64,000 nt of DNA from Eledone cirrhosa (lineage: Eukaryota): the NCBI GenBank assembly GCA_964016885.1, contig OZ024742.1, forward strand, positions 292,020,001 through 292,084,000, read 5' to 3'. Positions 1-12,781 of this stretch are shown here, piece by piece. The notes beneath the pieces are model-generated. The model made no database searches, was not told where the DNA came from, and saw only the letters and a list, made by a program, of their open reading frames with translations. The translations under genes and the position numbers were made by a program. The stretch's first letter is position 1, and the number at the start of each line of letters is the position of its first letter.

Positions 1-341
1 TGTTAGGTAATTGCAGTAATATCTCAAACAGAACTTCAAAGGTATCAATCTCTCCAGTCTTTGAGTGTCCATGAAGGCCTTATTCACTGCTCCTTCCTCC
101 ATATCTATCTCCTATTTCTGAGAACATATGAAGGCCTTATTCACTGCCACTTCCTCCAGGCTTGCCATTGTGTGAAACAATAGGAAGAATTTGAATGATT
201 TAAAATGAATAGTTACTTATGTGTTACTTATATATTTATTAAATGCTGCACTTTGTTATATGTACAATAAAGGTTGTTAATATCTTATATTTGCCAACAT
301 TGTATTCATTTCAAAATCATCAGGTTTCCCTGCCAGACCCA

Positions 342-390
<49 letters not shown>

Positions 391-2062
391 TATTTGTGTG
401 TATGTATGCTAATACTTTTCAAATACAAGATCATATTTCCATGCAAAGTTTAAGTGTTCAATTTACCCCCTTTCTTTCTCTCTCTCTCTTTCTCTCGCTC
501 TTTCTCTCTCTTTCTCTCTCTCTCTCATTAAGAGAGAGAGAAAGAGAGAGAAAGAGCGAGAGAATTAAATAATGTACACAAAATAAATTGAAGCATATAG
601 ATTTAATTTGTTCTTTTCCTCTGGACATAAATTTGTTTCTTGCATATAAGAAATATATATTCATATATGTTGCCTTCGTCACCAAAATGAACACTAATTT
701 AAAATAAATATAGTGCTAAAATGCTTTGATTTTACACGTTATATCTATACATGGTTATACTGATTACAGTATTTGTTAATACAGTATAATTTTCTATTGT
801 ATATAAATATAATTTGTATGAAGTTTGTGTTTTGTATTTCTCTTGAGATTCTGTTTGTTTTATTTTCTTAATCATTTCTGTTGACTGGTTTCTTAAAGAG
901 GCTGCTCTTAGTACCATTAAGATGAACATTTATTTCTATTGCTTGTTCACTACAGTTCCACAGAACTGTAGTTGCTGTTATTTGTATTTTAGTAGCTATG
1001 GTTGTATGTTTTAGTATGTTATTGTGTTGTACTAGTTTTATTAGTTGCTGTGGTTGAAGGGATGAACTCTTAATCAATAATTAATTTTTTTAAGCTCAGA
1101 ACTCTAAAATGATCTTCTTTTCACTTTCATCCTGTTTATGAATGAAAAAGACATTTGTGATTGTATTATTAACATTTCTTTTGATACCAAGCTACCTGAA
1201 ATCACTCCATGTTCTATAATACAAAACTGTCTGTTTTAAAGCATTTATATTTATCTAAAATCTTTCCACCACAATTTTATGTAAGAACCTTTAAGTTATT
1301 TTTCAAACACAAGTTAATGAGAAAATTACTAAATTTCTCCAAACTCTTGAATATTATTTGAAAAACATTTTCAGAAAAAATATGGATACAATAGGGTGAA
1401 CAAGTTCTAAACAGTTTTTTTTACATCATGGAAGAGTCCAGCCTTTCAAAAATACATAAACCCTGTTAAATTCACATAACATTTATTATATATATTCTGG
1501 TATCAAAATTTTGTATCTTGAATTGGTAAAATGACTCTTCCATGACATAATTGCTTTGGTTTCAACACTTGGTCTCAGATCAAATCACTTGATAAACATG
1601 TACAACTCCAATTATATCATCTTCATAATTTTACATCTACTTTCCATGCTGACATGTGTTGAATGTGTTGTCGTGGTCTGAGTCTAGATGGGTCAGGGTG
1701 AGCTGTCTTACTTATACATTCCATACTTAGCATTGTTTGTATGGCTGGATACCATTCCTGATATCAATCACCTTTAGAATGTACTGGGTGTGTTTTTTTT
1801 GTGGAACCAACACTAGTTAGTACTTTTCAGGGTGCACTGAATACCTTTTTTCATGGTACCAACAAGAGCACTTTACAAGGTGTGCTGGGTGTATTTTATT
1901 GTAGCACAAGCACGAGTGAGATTGTCATATGCTCACTCAAACTGAAGGGTCCTCACAAACCCTATATTTTCTCCATTCATTTACCAACACTATAACCTCC
2001 TGTCTCTCACTACATTTATGTTATATGGTGCAATGAGGATATATATATATATATATGTATAT

Positions 2063-2365
2063 AGTTTTAATATAGATGAGATTCTACAGGACTAGAACTG
2101 TTTCATTCATTAGAAATCATCAGGAATCTGGGTATCAAAAAATAAATATGGTATTTATAGGTCTCTACAAGTGGTAGGAGAGGGTGGAGAGTGGGATGGG
2201 TGCAGGTCATTGGTTGATAGAAAAGGGAATTCATTAAAAGCTAATTCTACAAAGCTATAGTTTATTTTTATTTTTATTTATTTATGTTTTTGATACCCAG
2301 ATTCCTGATGATTTCTAATGAATGAAACAGTTCTAGTCCTGTAGAATCTCATCTATATTAAAACT
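2063..2365. mobile_element. Non-coding fold-back element with a hammerhead in each arm (Penelope pLTR-like)
   Basis: Arms ~2063-2148 and ~2279-2365 are near-perfect reverse complements with a ~130-bp spacer; adjacent to (TA)n. Confidence 0.8.
2299..2349 (+). ncRNA. Type I hammerhead ribozyme motif (mirror copy 2079-2129, - strand)
   Basis: AGAUUC CUGAUGA UUUCUAAUGAAU GAAA CAG UUCUAGUC CUG UA|GAAUCU: perfect 6-bp stem I, full core, stem III, GUA triplet. Confidence 0.8.
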
Positions 2366-2430
2366 GTTATACTCTGCTATGTATTGAGTACCTTACTTAC
2401 TGTGGTTACCTCCGATTCAACCCGGAATAA

Positions 2431-3228
<798 letters not shown>

Positions 3229-3790
3229 TTTCGTTTCTGAATTTGTTTAGCAAGATTCTTTATCTGAAATCGTGTGTTGAAACCGATATTGTTATACTTT
3301 GGGAGGGTCATGTTGCCAATAAGAAACACACGCACCAGTTGCTTTCACTTCAATTTATTATATATTTATAAATTTACAAATTTATAAATTTCTGGTTGGT
3401 TGGTTGGTTCCACAACCAGATAGTTGTTTATATATAGTCCTTTATATATAGTTCTTTCGTCACACACTCTGTGACCTCTTCAGTGACTGGGGATTCCTTT
3501 CTTTGTTTCTGTGCCTCTCCTTTGTTCTGTCCTACGCCATTTTGTTTCTGTGTGTGTGTTGTGTGCTCTATCTTAATATTGAGTTTATGTTTATTTAGGG
3601 CCCTTCTAAATTTGTAAGCTAATTCACCTCTAGGGGTTGTATTGATGAACATTACACTCTGGTATTTATTGCTATCATACCATGAGTTTATTCTATTAGC
3701 CTTGTTCCTAGTTCTTTCTATTCTATTCCATATATATATACATATATATATACATATATTCCTAGAGGTGAATTAGCTTACAAATTTAGA

Positions 3791-4276
3791 ATGGCCCTAA
3801 ATAAACATAAACTCAATATTAAGATAGTAGAAAGACCAGGTACCTCCGTAAAAACACTTATTAGCAAGACATATCCTTTTCAAAGACCCTCATGTATAGA
3901 TAAGAAATGCATAACCTGTAAAATAAGCCCCCATATTAACTGTAAAACTAGAAATGTAGTGTATAGCATAAGATGTACTGAAGGACAATGTAGAGACAAA
4001 AATATAGTGTACATAGGTGAGACAGCTCGTAGTGTAGGGGAACGGATAAATGAACACTGGCGAGACCTTCAAGATAATAAAGAATCATCTGTACTCTACC
4101 AACATGCTAAGATAGAACACAAGGGTAAATTAGAGAACATAGAAATAAAAATAGAATCTACACACAGAAAAGACGCAATGTTTAGACAAATTACAGAGGC
4201 AATAAACATAAAAGAATTACAACCAAAATTAAATAGAAAATATGAGTGGAACAGCAACATCACAATTTACAATTAA
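3791..4276 (+). CDS. Penelope GIY-YIG endonuclease C-terminal fragment
   Basis: Cys-rich linker (CIDKKCITC) then NVVYSIRC...YIGETARSVGERINEH...RQITEAINI...PKLN. Confidence 0.9.
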   Translation: MALNKHKLNIKIVERPGTSVKTLISKTYPFQRPSCIDKKCITCKISPHINCKTRNVVYSIRCTEGQCRDKNIVYIGETARSVGERINEHWRDLQDNKESSVLYQHAKIEHKGKLENIEIKIESTHRKDAMFRQITEAINIKELQPKLNRKYEWNSNITIYN

Positions 4277-4476
4277 GGACAAAATGAAAACACACACACA
4301 CATAGAACAAACAACCAACCAGTAACATGTAAATAAACAAATAAATAAATGAACATAAACACACACAGACACCCGGATGTGGTGCATGCGCAGACTGAGC
4401 ACACAACACACACAGAGAAACAAAATGGCGTAGGACAGAACAAAGGAGAGGCACAGAAACAAAGAAAGGAATCCCC

Positions 4477-4521
4477 AGTCACTGAAGAGGTCACAGAGTG
4501 TGTGACGAAAGAACTATGACT
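4477..4521 (+). ncRNA. Minimal type I hammerhead ribozyme in Penelope pLTR
   Basis: AGUCA CUGAAGA G GUCAC AGAGUGU GUGAC GAAA GAAC UA|UGACU; the inverted copy (~3436-3488) has stem I disrupted by extra bases. Confidence 0.8.
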
Positions 4522-4677
4522 ATATATAAACAACTATCTGGTTGTGGAACCAACCAACCAACCAGAAATTTATAAATTTGTAAATTTATAAATTTATAAA
4601 TATATAAAAAATTGAAGTGAAAGCAACTGGTGCGTGTGTTTCTTATTGGCAACATGACCCTCCCAAAGTATAACAAT

Positions 4678-4922
4678 ATATGTATATATATATGTATGTA
4701 TATGTATATATATGTATATGTATATATATGTATATGTATATATATGTATATGTATATATATATGTATGTATATGTATATATATATATGTATATATATGTA
4801 TATATGTATATATGTATATATATGTATATATATATGTATATATGTATATATATATGTATATATGTATATATATATGTATATATGTATATGTATGTATATA
4901 TGTATATATGTATGTATATATG

Positions 4923-4955
<33 letters not shown>

Positions 4956-5056
4956 GTATGTATATATATGTATATATATGTATATATGTATGTATATATA
5001 TGTATATATGTATGTATATGTATGTATATATATGTATATATGTATATATATATATA
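4678..5056. repeat. Compound (TA)/(TATG) microsatellite
   Basis: Direct reading. Confidence 0.97.
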
Positions 5057-7109
5057 CCAGCAGTGTTAGTCGAGGGTAGTATAATAAGTAAGGCAATCAA
5101 AGATATGAAGACAGGCAAGGCGGCTGGGCCTTCGGAAATAGTTGCCGAGATGCTGAAGGCATCTGGTACGGTGGGACACACCATGGTCACACGGATAGTC
5201 AACCAAGTCATACAGAATGGGGTTGTTCCGAAGGACTGGCGTAGCAGCATTATCGTTAACTGTTATAAGGGTAAAGGAGATGCCCTAGATAGGAGTAACT
5301 ATAGAGGCATTAAATTAATCGACCAGGTCATGAAGGTCACGGAAAAAGTAATAGCGCAACTAATCAGAGAGCGAATTGATCTAGATGAAATGCAGTTCGG
5401 GTTTGTGTCAGGAAAAAGTACCACAGACGCTCTTTTCATTGTACGACAACTACAGGAGAAGTACCTAGCTAAAAGTAAACCCCTATACTTAGCTTTCATC
5501 GACTTGGAGAAGGCCTTCGACAGAGTCCCCCGTTCCATTATCTGGTGGGCTCTTAGAAAACTAGGTGTTGATGAATGGCTTGTGAGAGCTATACAAGCCA
5601 TGTATAAAGAAACAGTCAGCAAGGCTAGAATTAACAACGAATATAGTGAAGAGTTTAGTGTAAAAGTTGGTGTTCATCAGGGCTCTGTTCTTAGCCCCCT
5701 ACTATTTATTATTGCCCTCCAGGCTATAACAGTGGAGTTCAAGACCGGCTGCCCATGAGAACTCCTATACGCAGATGATCTAACGCTCATAGCTGAATCA
5801 ATGGCCGAGCTAGAGAAGAAATTCCAAACATGGAAGCACGGCCTAGAATCAAAAGGCCTTAAAATTAATCTAGCTAAGACTAAAGTTCTAGCTTGTAAGA
5901 AAGAAAATAAGACGGCGGTCCCCTCCGGGAAGTGGCCATGCGCAGAGTGTAGGAAAGGCGTAGGTAGAAATTCCATTTTGTGTCCCAAATGCAAAGTTTG
6001 GGTGCATAAAAGATGTAGTGGGATCACAGGTAAGCTAACTAAGAACATAGATTTTACATGTGGCCGGTGTTCTGGGGCAATAAGTAGCAGCAAGTGCCAA
6101 CAAAATACTAGCTCTTTCAACTGCGCAGAGGGTTCTATAGAAATAGTGGACAGCTTCCGTTACCTGGGTGACAAAATCAGCAGTGGGGGAGGGTGCTCTG
6201 AAAGTAGAGTAGCAAGAGTCAGAACTGGGTGGAAAAAGTTCAGAGAGCTTATACCACTATTAGCCGCTAAAGGGTTCTCCCTAAAAATGAAAGGCAGGCT
6301 GTACGATGCCTGCATACGAACAGCAATGTTGCATGGCAGTGAGACCTGGGCATTGTGTGCAGAGGATATACGCAGACTAGAGAGAAACGAAGCTTGCATG
6401 CTCCGCTGGATGTGTAATAGTAATATACGTGAACGACAAAGCATAAACGAACTAAGGAAAAAATTAGAAATAAGAGGGATCAGATGTTGTTTACTAGAGA
6501 GAAGGCTACGTTGGTATGGTCACGTGATGCGCATGAAGGACGATAGCTGTATAACAAAGTGCAGGGCAATAAAGATAGACGGTAGCCACGGAATAGGCAG
6601 ACCCAGAAAAACCTGGGACGAGCTGATAAACTCCGACCTCACACACTTACACCTCACCAAGACAATGTCACTGGACCGAGACCTTTCGCGGTACTCAGTA
6701 ATAGAGAAGACCCGCCTTACCTAAATACAAAGTAAAACCTACTACAGTCAGTAGGCATCTCTAACAAAATACACCCCCGTCCCACCACCCCCACCCCGTC
6801 CACACAGCCCCCTTCTATGTAAAGTTATGTTGGTGCCACACCATCCAGGCCGAAACAAATGAGATCGTGTAGGTGTCACGACAAAAAAACACACAGTCCA
6901 CGCTGTAATGTGGCCGTGTAGGCAACACGGTAAAAACCTCCCAGACCCACACTGTAAATGTGGTTGGTGTTAGGAAGGGCATCCAACTGTAGAAAACCTG
7001 CCAGACAGTCCTATGCGAGCAAGACAATCACTCTTGCCTCAAGTGGGACAACCCCCGTCCAAACCCATGCAAGCGTGGAACACGGACGTTAAACGTTGAT
7101 GATGATGAT
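5057..7109 (+). mobile_element. 5'-truncated RTE-clade LINE (RT with embedded Cys/His finger), (GAT)n tail
   Basis: [47 protein letters not shown]; one in-frame TGA at 5756-5758; ORF ends 6724; tail GATGATGAT. Confidence 0.95.
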
Positions 7110-8255
7110 ATATGTATATATATATATATATAGTCATCATCATCTTATATCTACTTTCCACACTAGTGCACATTAGATGGGTTGAAGCAACCTCATCCTG
7201 CTCATACCTTCTATATTTACCATAGTTTATCGAGCTGGGTACCCCTTCTAATGCCAACCACCTTACATGGTGTATTGGATGCATTTTATATTATTGCCAA
7301 CACTAGTGAGGTTGTCCCATGCTCAGCCAGACTGAACTGTCCTTCCAAACTCCATACAGGGTCCATTCAATTGCCAGATGCACACACACACACACAATAT
7401 TGAGTGTAAAACTGTTTAATCCTATTGATCAGTAAGAAATAAATTGATTGCTTACATAATAGTTATGGAAATCATTGATCTTTGTATTTTGTGGTGGTGG
7501 GATGGTGGTTGTTATTGTTGTAGCAGTATTAGTGGTGCTGTTAGTAGTAGTAGTATTGGTAGTTGTAGTAGTATTCAGTGGAGTGAATAATTGGTTGTGA
7601 ATTTAACTGATAACGTGATGTAATCTGTGGCAGCAGTAGCAGTTGCAGTAGTAGCAGTAGTAGCTTATGCTCCAGCAGCAAAGTTCCTAAGACGTCATAA
7701 AAATGGTATTGATGAATATTGCACCACAGGAGGATTTAGAGAAATTAGAAGACCAAAATATTGGTGCATTGCACCTAGAATCCACTTCCCATATAAGCAG
7801 CCATTGTGTAGTCTTGTGTAATATTCTGGTCAATATCATGTTGAAATATTATCAGTTTACATTTGAACAGCATACTCGTGAAAATAAGGTGCAAGTAGCT
7901 GAACATTACACACACATTTCATGTAATTCTCAGGTAGATTCAGCATGACATAGTGTGGTCAAGGCTGGCACATTGAATTGCATGTCCAGTCCATCTGACA
8001 AGCTTCCAAACAGTTCCCATCTACTTCAACACAAGACATATGTCAACATGAGGATACAATAAATGAATAAATGACACTTACCCAAGATCAAACTCAGGAT
8101 CTAATGATTGCAAAGTGAACTCTTAACCATTTGGCCACGTATCTACAAGTTATTAATCAGATCAGTGGTAGCACTAATACAATGTGATTCAGAATGAAAG
8201 TTTGTATGGAGATATATACAATATGTTTATAAACACACACACACTTGTGTGTGTG

Positions 8256-8287
<32 letters not shown>

Positions 8288-8295
8288 TACACATA

Positions 8296-8570
8296 CAGGG
8301 TGTCCCAAAAAATGTATACATGCTTAAACAGCAAAAAAAAATGTGTTAAAATAAATTCTGTTTTATATGCATTATTTGTACCAGTAATGCACTGGGTAAT
8401 TGCTGGCCTTGTGCCAAAAGTAGAAACAATTATTTAAATTATGTAAACGTATTTGGGTATTTACATACAATTGAATTATGTTTGTAAATCTGGGGGAAAG
8501 GCTGTGCATTCTCATAAATATTGCCTGTACAGGTAATCAAGGTGTGTATGCATTTTGGGGGGACATCCTG
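8296..8570. mobile_element. Tc1/mariner-type MITE
   Basis: TA|CAGGGTGTCCCAAAAAATGTATACA ... TGTATGCATTTTGGGGGGACATCCTG|TA imperfect TIRs with TA flanks; a SINE 3' fragment lies inside (~8378-8435). Confidence 0.75.
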
Positions 8571-8702
8571 TATATATATATATCTGTATGTGGTTGATGG
8601 CTAAGAGAAAAGTGTACTCAATACTGAAGTAGTTTTAATATTTATTTTATTAAGGCTACTCTGGAGTTTCATCTCTTCATCACAGGGTCATCAGACAAGA
8701 AC

Positions 8703-8759
8703 TGTTCTTGTCTGATGACACTGCAATAAAACAGGTGATACTCCAGAGTAACAAGAACA
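8703..8759 (+). ncRNA. Degenerate hammerhead motif in a short fold-back (~8645-8780)
   Basis: 9-bp stem I UGUUCUUGU/ACAAGAACA, CUGAUGA, stem III CUC-CA-GAG, GUA; GAAA is mutated to GAUA. The opposite arm keeps GAAAC but lacks the 3' strand of stem I. Confidence 0.6.
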
Positions 8760-8777
8760 CTATTTAGCCTTAATAAA

Positions 8778-8824
<47 letters not shown>

Positions 8825-9639
8825 TTTCATTTCTTACAAGGCTATATAGATGTTATAAGAAGTAGCTTGGTAAACTTTCCACTTGCTTTGCTGAAACATC
8901 ATAGTTATGTTGTAAGAAAAAGAATGAATCAACAAATCTATATATTTACTTTATTATATATTGAGTTCTTGCTCCCAGGAGGATTACCAAGATCACTAGA
9001 TCTAACACACATATTTTTTATACATATATATTTGTGTGTGTGTGTGAGAGAGAGAGAGACAGAGAGAGATCAGAATACTAGGCAGGAGAAACTCCAAGAT
9101 GTGACGCACACAAACTTGGCTTTGAATAAATATAATTCTATTTCACCTTACAATATCATTTTGCTTGTTTGGCATTCACAGCAATAAGAACTGCCATAAA
9201 CTATATAGATATATATATATATTCTCTTGTTCCCAAATAATATGGGGGGGGGGGGGGGTAATTTTTCTAGGTTGTCTCCATTCATTTTTTTCAAAACTAT
9301 AATTAATAATTTAGTTTACATATTGAGAAAGATGAAATAGTATGAATTATAGACTTCTATAGAATTCAGTAAGAATTTTGTGCCATAAAGGCACTTCATC
9401 GAGTCTTGTTTTTGAGTAATTAAAAAAATAGAAACCATTCTTACTTCCATTAAGCTCATTATAGGGTGTATTCTTATGTGGTCAAGATGAAATATTATCC
9501 TAGAAACCTTTCAATTTTTTCTGATAGAAATATAATAAAATGAGAATATGGAAAGGTGAAAAATTGAAGATAGAAATATATATATAACAAATGTTTACTT
9601 AAGAATCAATACATGAATATTACATCTATTTCATTAATT

Positions 9640-9910
9640 CATATAGAGGTTATCTCTCTAAAACAAAATCCTTGAAGTGACACATCAATAGTACATAGAC
9701 ATGGCTGAAGTGAAGTTAAAGCACAGATTCTACAAACATACATTCTCTTTTAGAGATTTTGAAAAAAGAAATATAAAATTAGTTTACTCCATCTGGCATG
9801 TAAAAGAAAAAAAGCTTTTAACTACAAAATTGGAAGCAGAAAATGTGGTCTTTGCACAGCAGAAAAAAGAACAATTCTTAAAAATCTACTCAAGCATGCT
9901 CTATTTATAC
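9640..9910 (+). pseudogene. Decayed Penelope GIY-YIG fragment
   Basis: YIDMAEVKLKHRFYKHTFSF...SIWHVKEK resembles the YIG..F..R...H..SF...IW.LK pattern of Penelope endonucleases. Confidence 0.55.
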
Positions 9911-10937
9911 AACAGATCAAAGTTATTCAGGAAATGCACTTTGAACTAGGTTGCTCTCTTTCACCTGGCTAACTGCATACAAATGCATAGCATATGCTTC
10001 ATCTTCCTTTTTATCTTTTTTTTTCATTTCTTTTCTCATTCTTATTCTTCCTTTCTTTTTTCTACTCCTTCCTCTCCCTTCCAGTATACTCACCTCCTCA
10101 ATTTTTCATTTATTAGGAATTTTTATCTTTGATTTTTCTCCTTTCCACTTTCTCGTATTTGTTCAAATTTCTATCATTAACATTTGAACCATGTTCCTTG
10201 TGAGTATAGAAGAGAGACAGTCATGTTAGTAGAGAGTACAGAAGTACTCCATCAAACATTAGCTATGGTAACAACAAAATATTTCAACAGACAAAACTAT
10301 GAAAATATAAAATAGGAAGTTCATTATATTCAGGTTGATTCAAGAGTCGCTATAATTGTTTCAATAATATTCTTGTTTTCTGTGTCCACACCTGAAAATC
10401 ATAAAATAAACTGTTTTATCATCATCATAATCTTTATTATCATCATCTTCTTCATCTTAATTATCATCATCTTCTTCATCTTAATTATCATTGTCATCAT
10501 CATTATTTTGAATCCATTTTCCATGCTGGAAAATGGACTATAAGATAAACATGTTATCACAATCTGAGAATAGAAAAATCAGAAAACGCTGTTCCTCATA
10601 TATTGCATATTTGGCATAGTTTCTACAGTTGGAAGCCCTTATTAATGCCAACCACTTTATAGAGTGTACTGGGTGCATTTTAACATGGCACCAGAATTAT
10701 ACCTTTAAATAGTGTACCACAACTATTATATCATGGCACCAGCAAAATGAGGTCCCTCCAATCCATTCAGTCTCAGAAGATGACAACCAATCCAAACTAC
10801 CATCATGGAATGTAGACATATAATGATGATGATTAGAAATTTGATAGGTTTTAAAGACTTTTGTTAAAAATCTGTTATTGATATTTTTAATCTTTAACTA
10901 AGGTATTAATATTAATAAAAAAAAAATGATGATAATA

Positions 10938-11505
10938 ATTTTCTACTTTTGGCAAAAGGCCAGCAATTATCCCAGTGCATTACCGGTACTTTATTTTATT
11001 GACCCCGTAAGAATGAAAGACAAAGCTAGCCTCGGTGGTATTTGAACTCAAAACGTAAAGTGCCATAACTCAATGCTGCAAAGCATGGTGTCTGATGCTC
11101 CACCGATACTGCCAATCAATAATAATGACGATGATGCCACCCCTCCTTTTGTAAGGTTTCTCCAGAAATCGATTGCTAGGTGCAGTGTGTTAATATCGCG
11201 TAGGATTATAGCAAGGGTAGAAATTTGGGCATTGCCTATGAAGTTGGGTATCCCAAGGTTTTTGATGTAAGATGTTTAGGGACCGTACCAAGTGACCTAA
11301 TGATAATTGGCAATAATAGTAGTAATAATTGTTTCTACTTTTGGCACAAGGCCAGCAATTACCCAGTGCATTACTGGTACTTTATTTTATCGACCCCACA
11401 AGGATGAAAGGCAAAGTCAACCTCGGCGGGATTTGAACTCAGAATGGCAAGGGCCGTAACTATGCATCAAAGCATGGTGTCCAACCCTCTACCAATACTG
11501 CCAAT
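10938..11505 (-). mobile_element. Two tRNA-derived SINE copies (~10938-11120, ~11328-11505)
   Basis: Reverse complements of the SINE at 44865-45060 (B box GAGTTCAAATCC, core CTTTGCCTTTCATCCT..GGGGTCGATAAAATAAAGTACC, (ATT)n tail). Confidence 0.85.
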
Positions 11506-11676
11506 AGTAATTATAATAATATAATAATAATAGGATTAAAATAATAAGTAAGGTAAATATTATTGGAGTAAGGACTAAAAGTGGGCTATTATATGCTTAC
11601 GAGTGTTGATGCATGTGTTAGCAAAAATATAGAGTATAAAAAATATATGTGTGTGTGTGTGTATATGTGTGTGTTG

Positions 11677-12515
11677 TAGTCAGGGTTAGAACAGGATGGA
11701 AACAGTTCAGAGCTAATACCGCTGTTGGCCACAAGGGGTTTCTCTCTAAAAATAAAAGGCAGATTGTATGATGCATGTATACGAACTGCGATATTACATG
11801 GTAGTGAGACTTGGGCGTTGTGTGCTGAAGACCTGTGTAGATTAGAAAGAAATGAAGCTTGCATACTCCGATGGATGTGTAATAGTAACGTGCGTGAAAG
11901 CATAAACAAACTAAGAGGGAGACTAAGTATAAGAGGTATCAAATATTGTGTTCTGGAGAGGAGATTGTGTTGGTATGGACATGTGATGCGTATGAAGGAC
12001 GACAGCTGTATAAAATTGTGCAGGGCAATGAAAATTGATGGAAGCTGTGGAGTGGGTAGACCAAGAAAAACCTGGGACGAGGTGATAAAAACTGACCTTG
12101 CCAACCTATACCTCTCTAAGACAATGACACTGGATCAAGACCTTTGGTGCCATGCAGTTGTACAGAATACCCGACTACCATTGCATACAAACCTACAGTC
12201 AGTAAGCACCTCTTAACTCAATGTACACCTCACTGCCACACCCTACCCCACCCTCCCTCTCCCGTTCTGTCCACTGTGTCAATCACACAACAGTCCACAC
12301 TGTAAGGTGGCCATGTCGGAGACACAGTGAAAAGGCTCCCAGTCCACACTGTAAATGTTGTTGGTGTTAGGAAGGGCATCCGGCTGTAAAAAGCCTGCCA
12401 GAGATGCTTCCGTGCGAGCGAGACATGGTCTCCCAACCATTCCTGCATCAAATGGAACAAAACCATCTAACCCATGCTAGTGTGGAAGATGGACATTAAA
12501 CGACGATTATGATGA
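11677..12515 (+). mobile_element. RTE LINE 3' fragment
   Basis: ORF 11725-12216 homologous to 6260-6724 (GRLYDACIRTAILHGSETW...GRPRKTW), same 3' UTR and (GAT) tail. Confidence 0.92.
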
Positions 12516-12583
12516 TATATATATATATATATAATATAAAAAAATATAATAAAATATATCTATATAAACGTTTGTATATGTAT

Positions 12584-12770
12584 AATTGTTTCTACTTTAG
12601 GCACAAGGCCAGCAATTACCCAGTACATTACTGGTACTTTATTTTATCGACCCCGTAAGGATGAAAGGCAAAGTTAACCTCGGCGGGATTTGAACTCAGA
12701 CTGTAAAAGACGTAACTATGCTAGAAAGCATGGCGTCCGACCCTCCACCAATACTGCCAATCCACCGCCC
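12584..12770 (-). mobile_element. tRNA-derived SINE, full length, with 10-bp target-site duplication
   Basis: Matches the SINE family; GTATATGTAT at 12574-12583 and 12771-12780. Confidence 0.88.
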
Positions 12771-12781
12771 GTATATGTATG

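Larger units (their letters stand above)
3287..4677 (+). mobile_element. 5'-truncated Penelope-like element with inverted pseudo-LTR
   Basis: GIY-YIG ORF 3791-4276; ~3287-3565 is the reverse complement of ~4400-4677, and ~3568-3635 of ~3760-3828; flanked by (TA)n tracts on both sides. Confidence 0.9.

Noticed and set aside
71-159. ~30-bp direct repeat ATGAAGGCCTTATTCACTGC
   Set aside because: Small local duplication with no further structure.
7627-7948. Short ORFs with ordinary amino-acid composition
   Set aside because: No recognisable homology or splice context.
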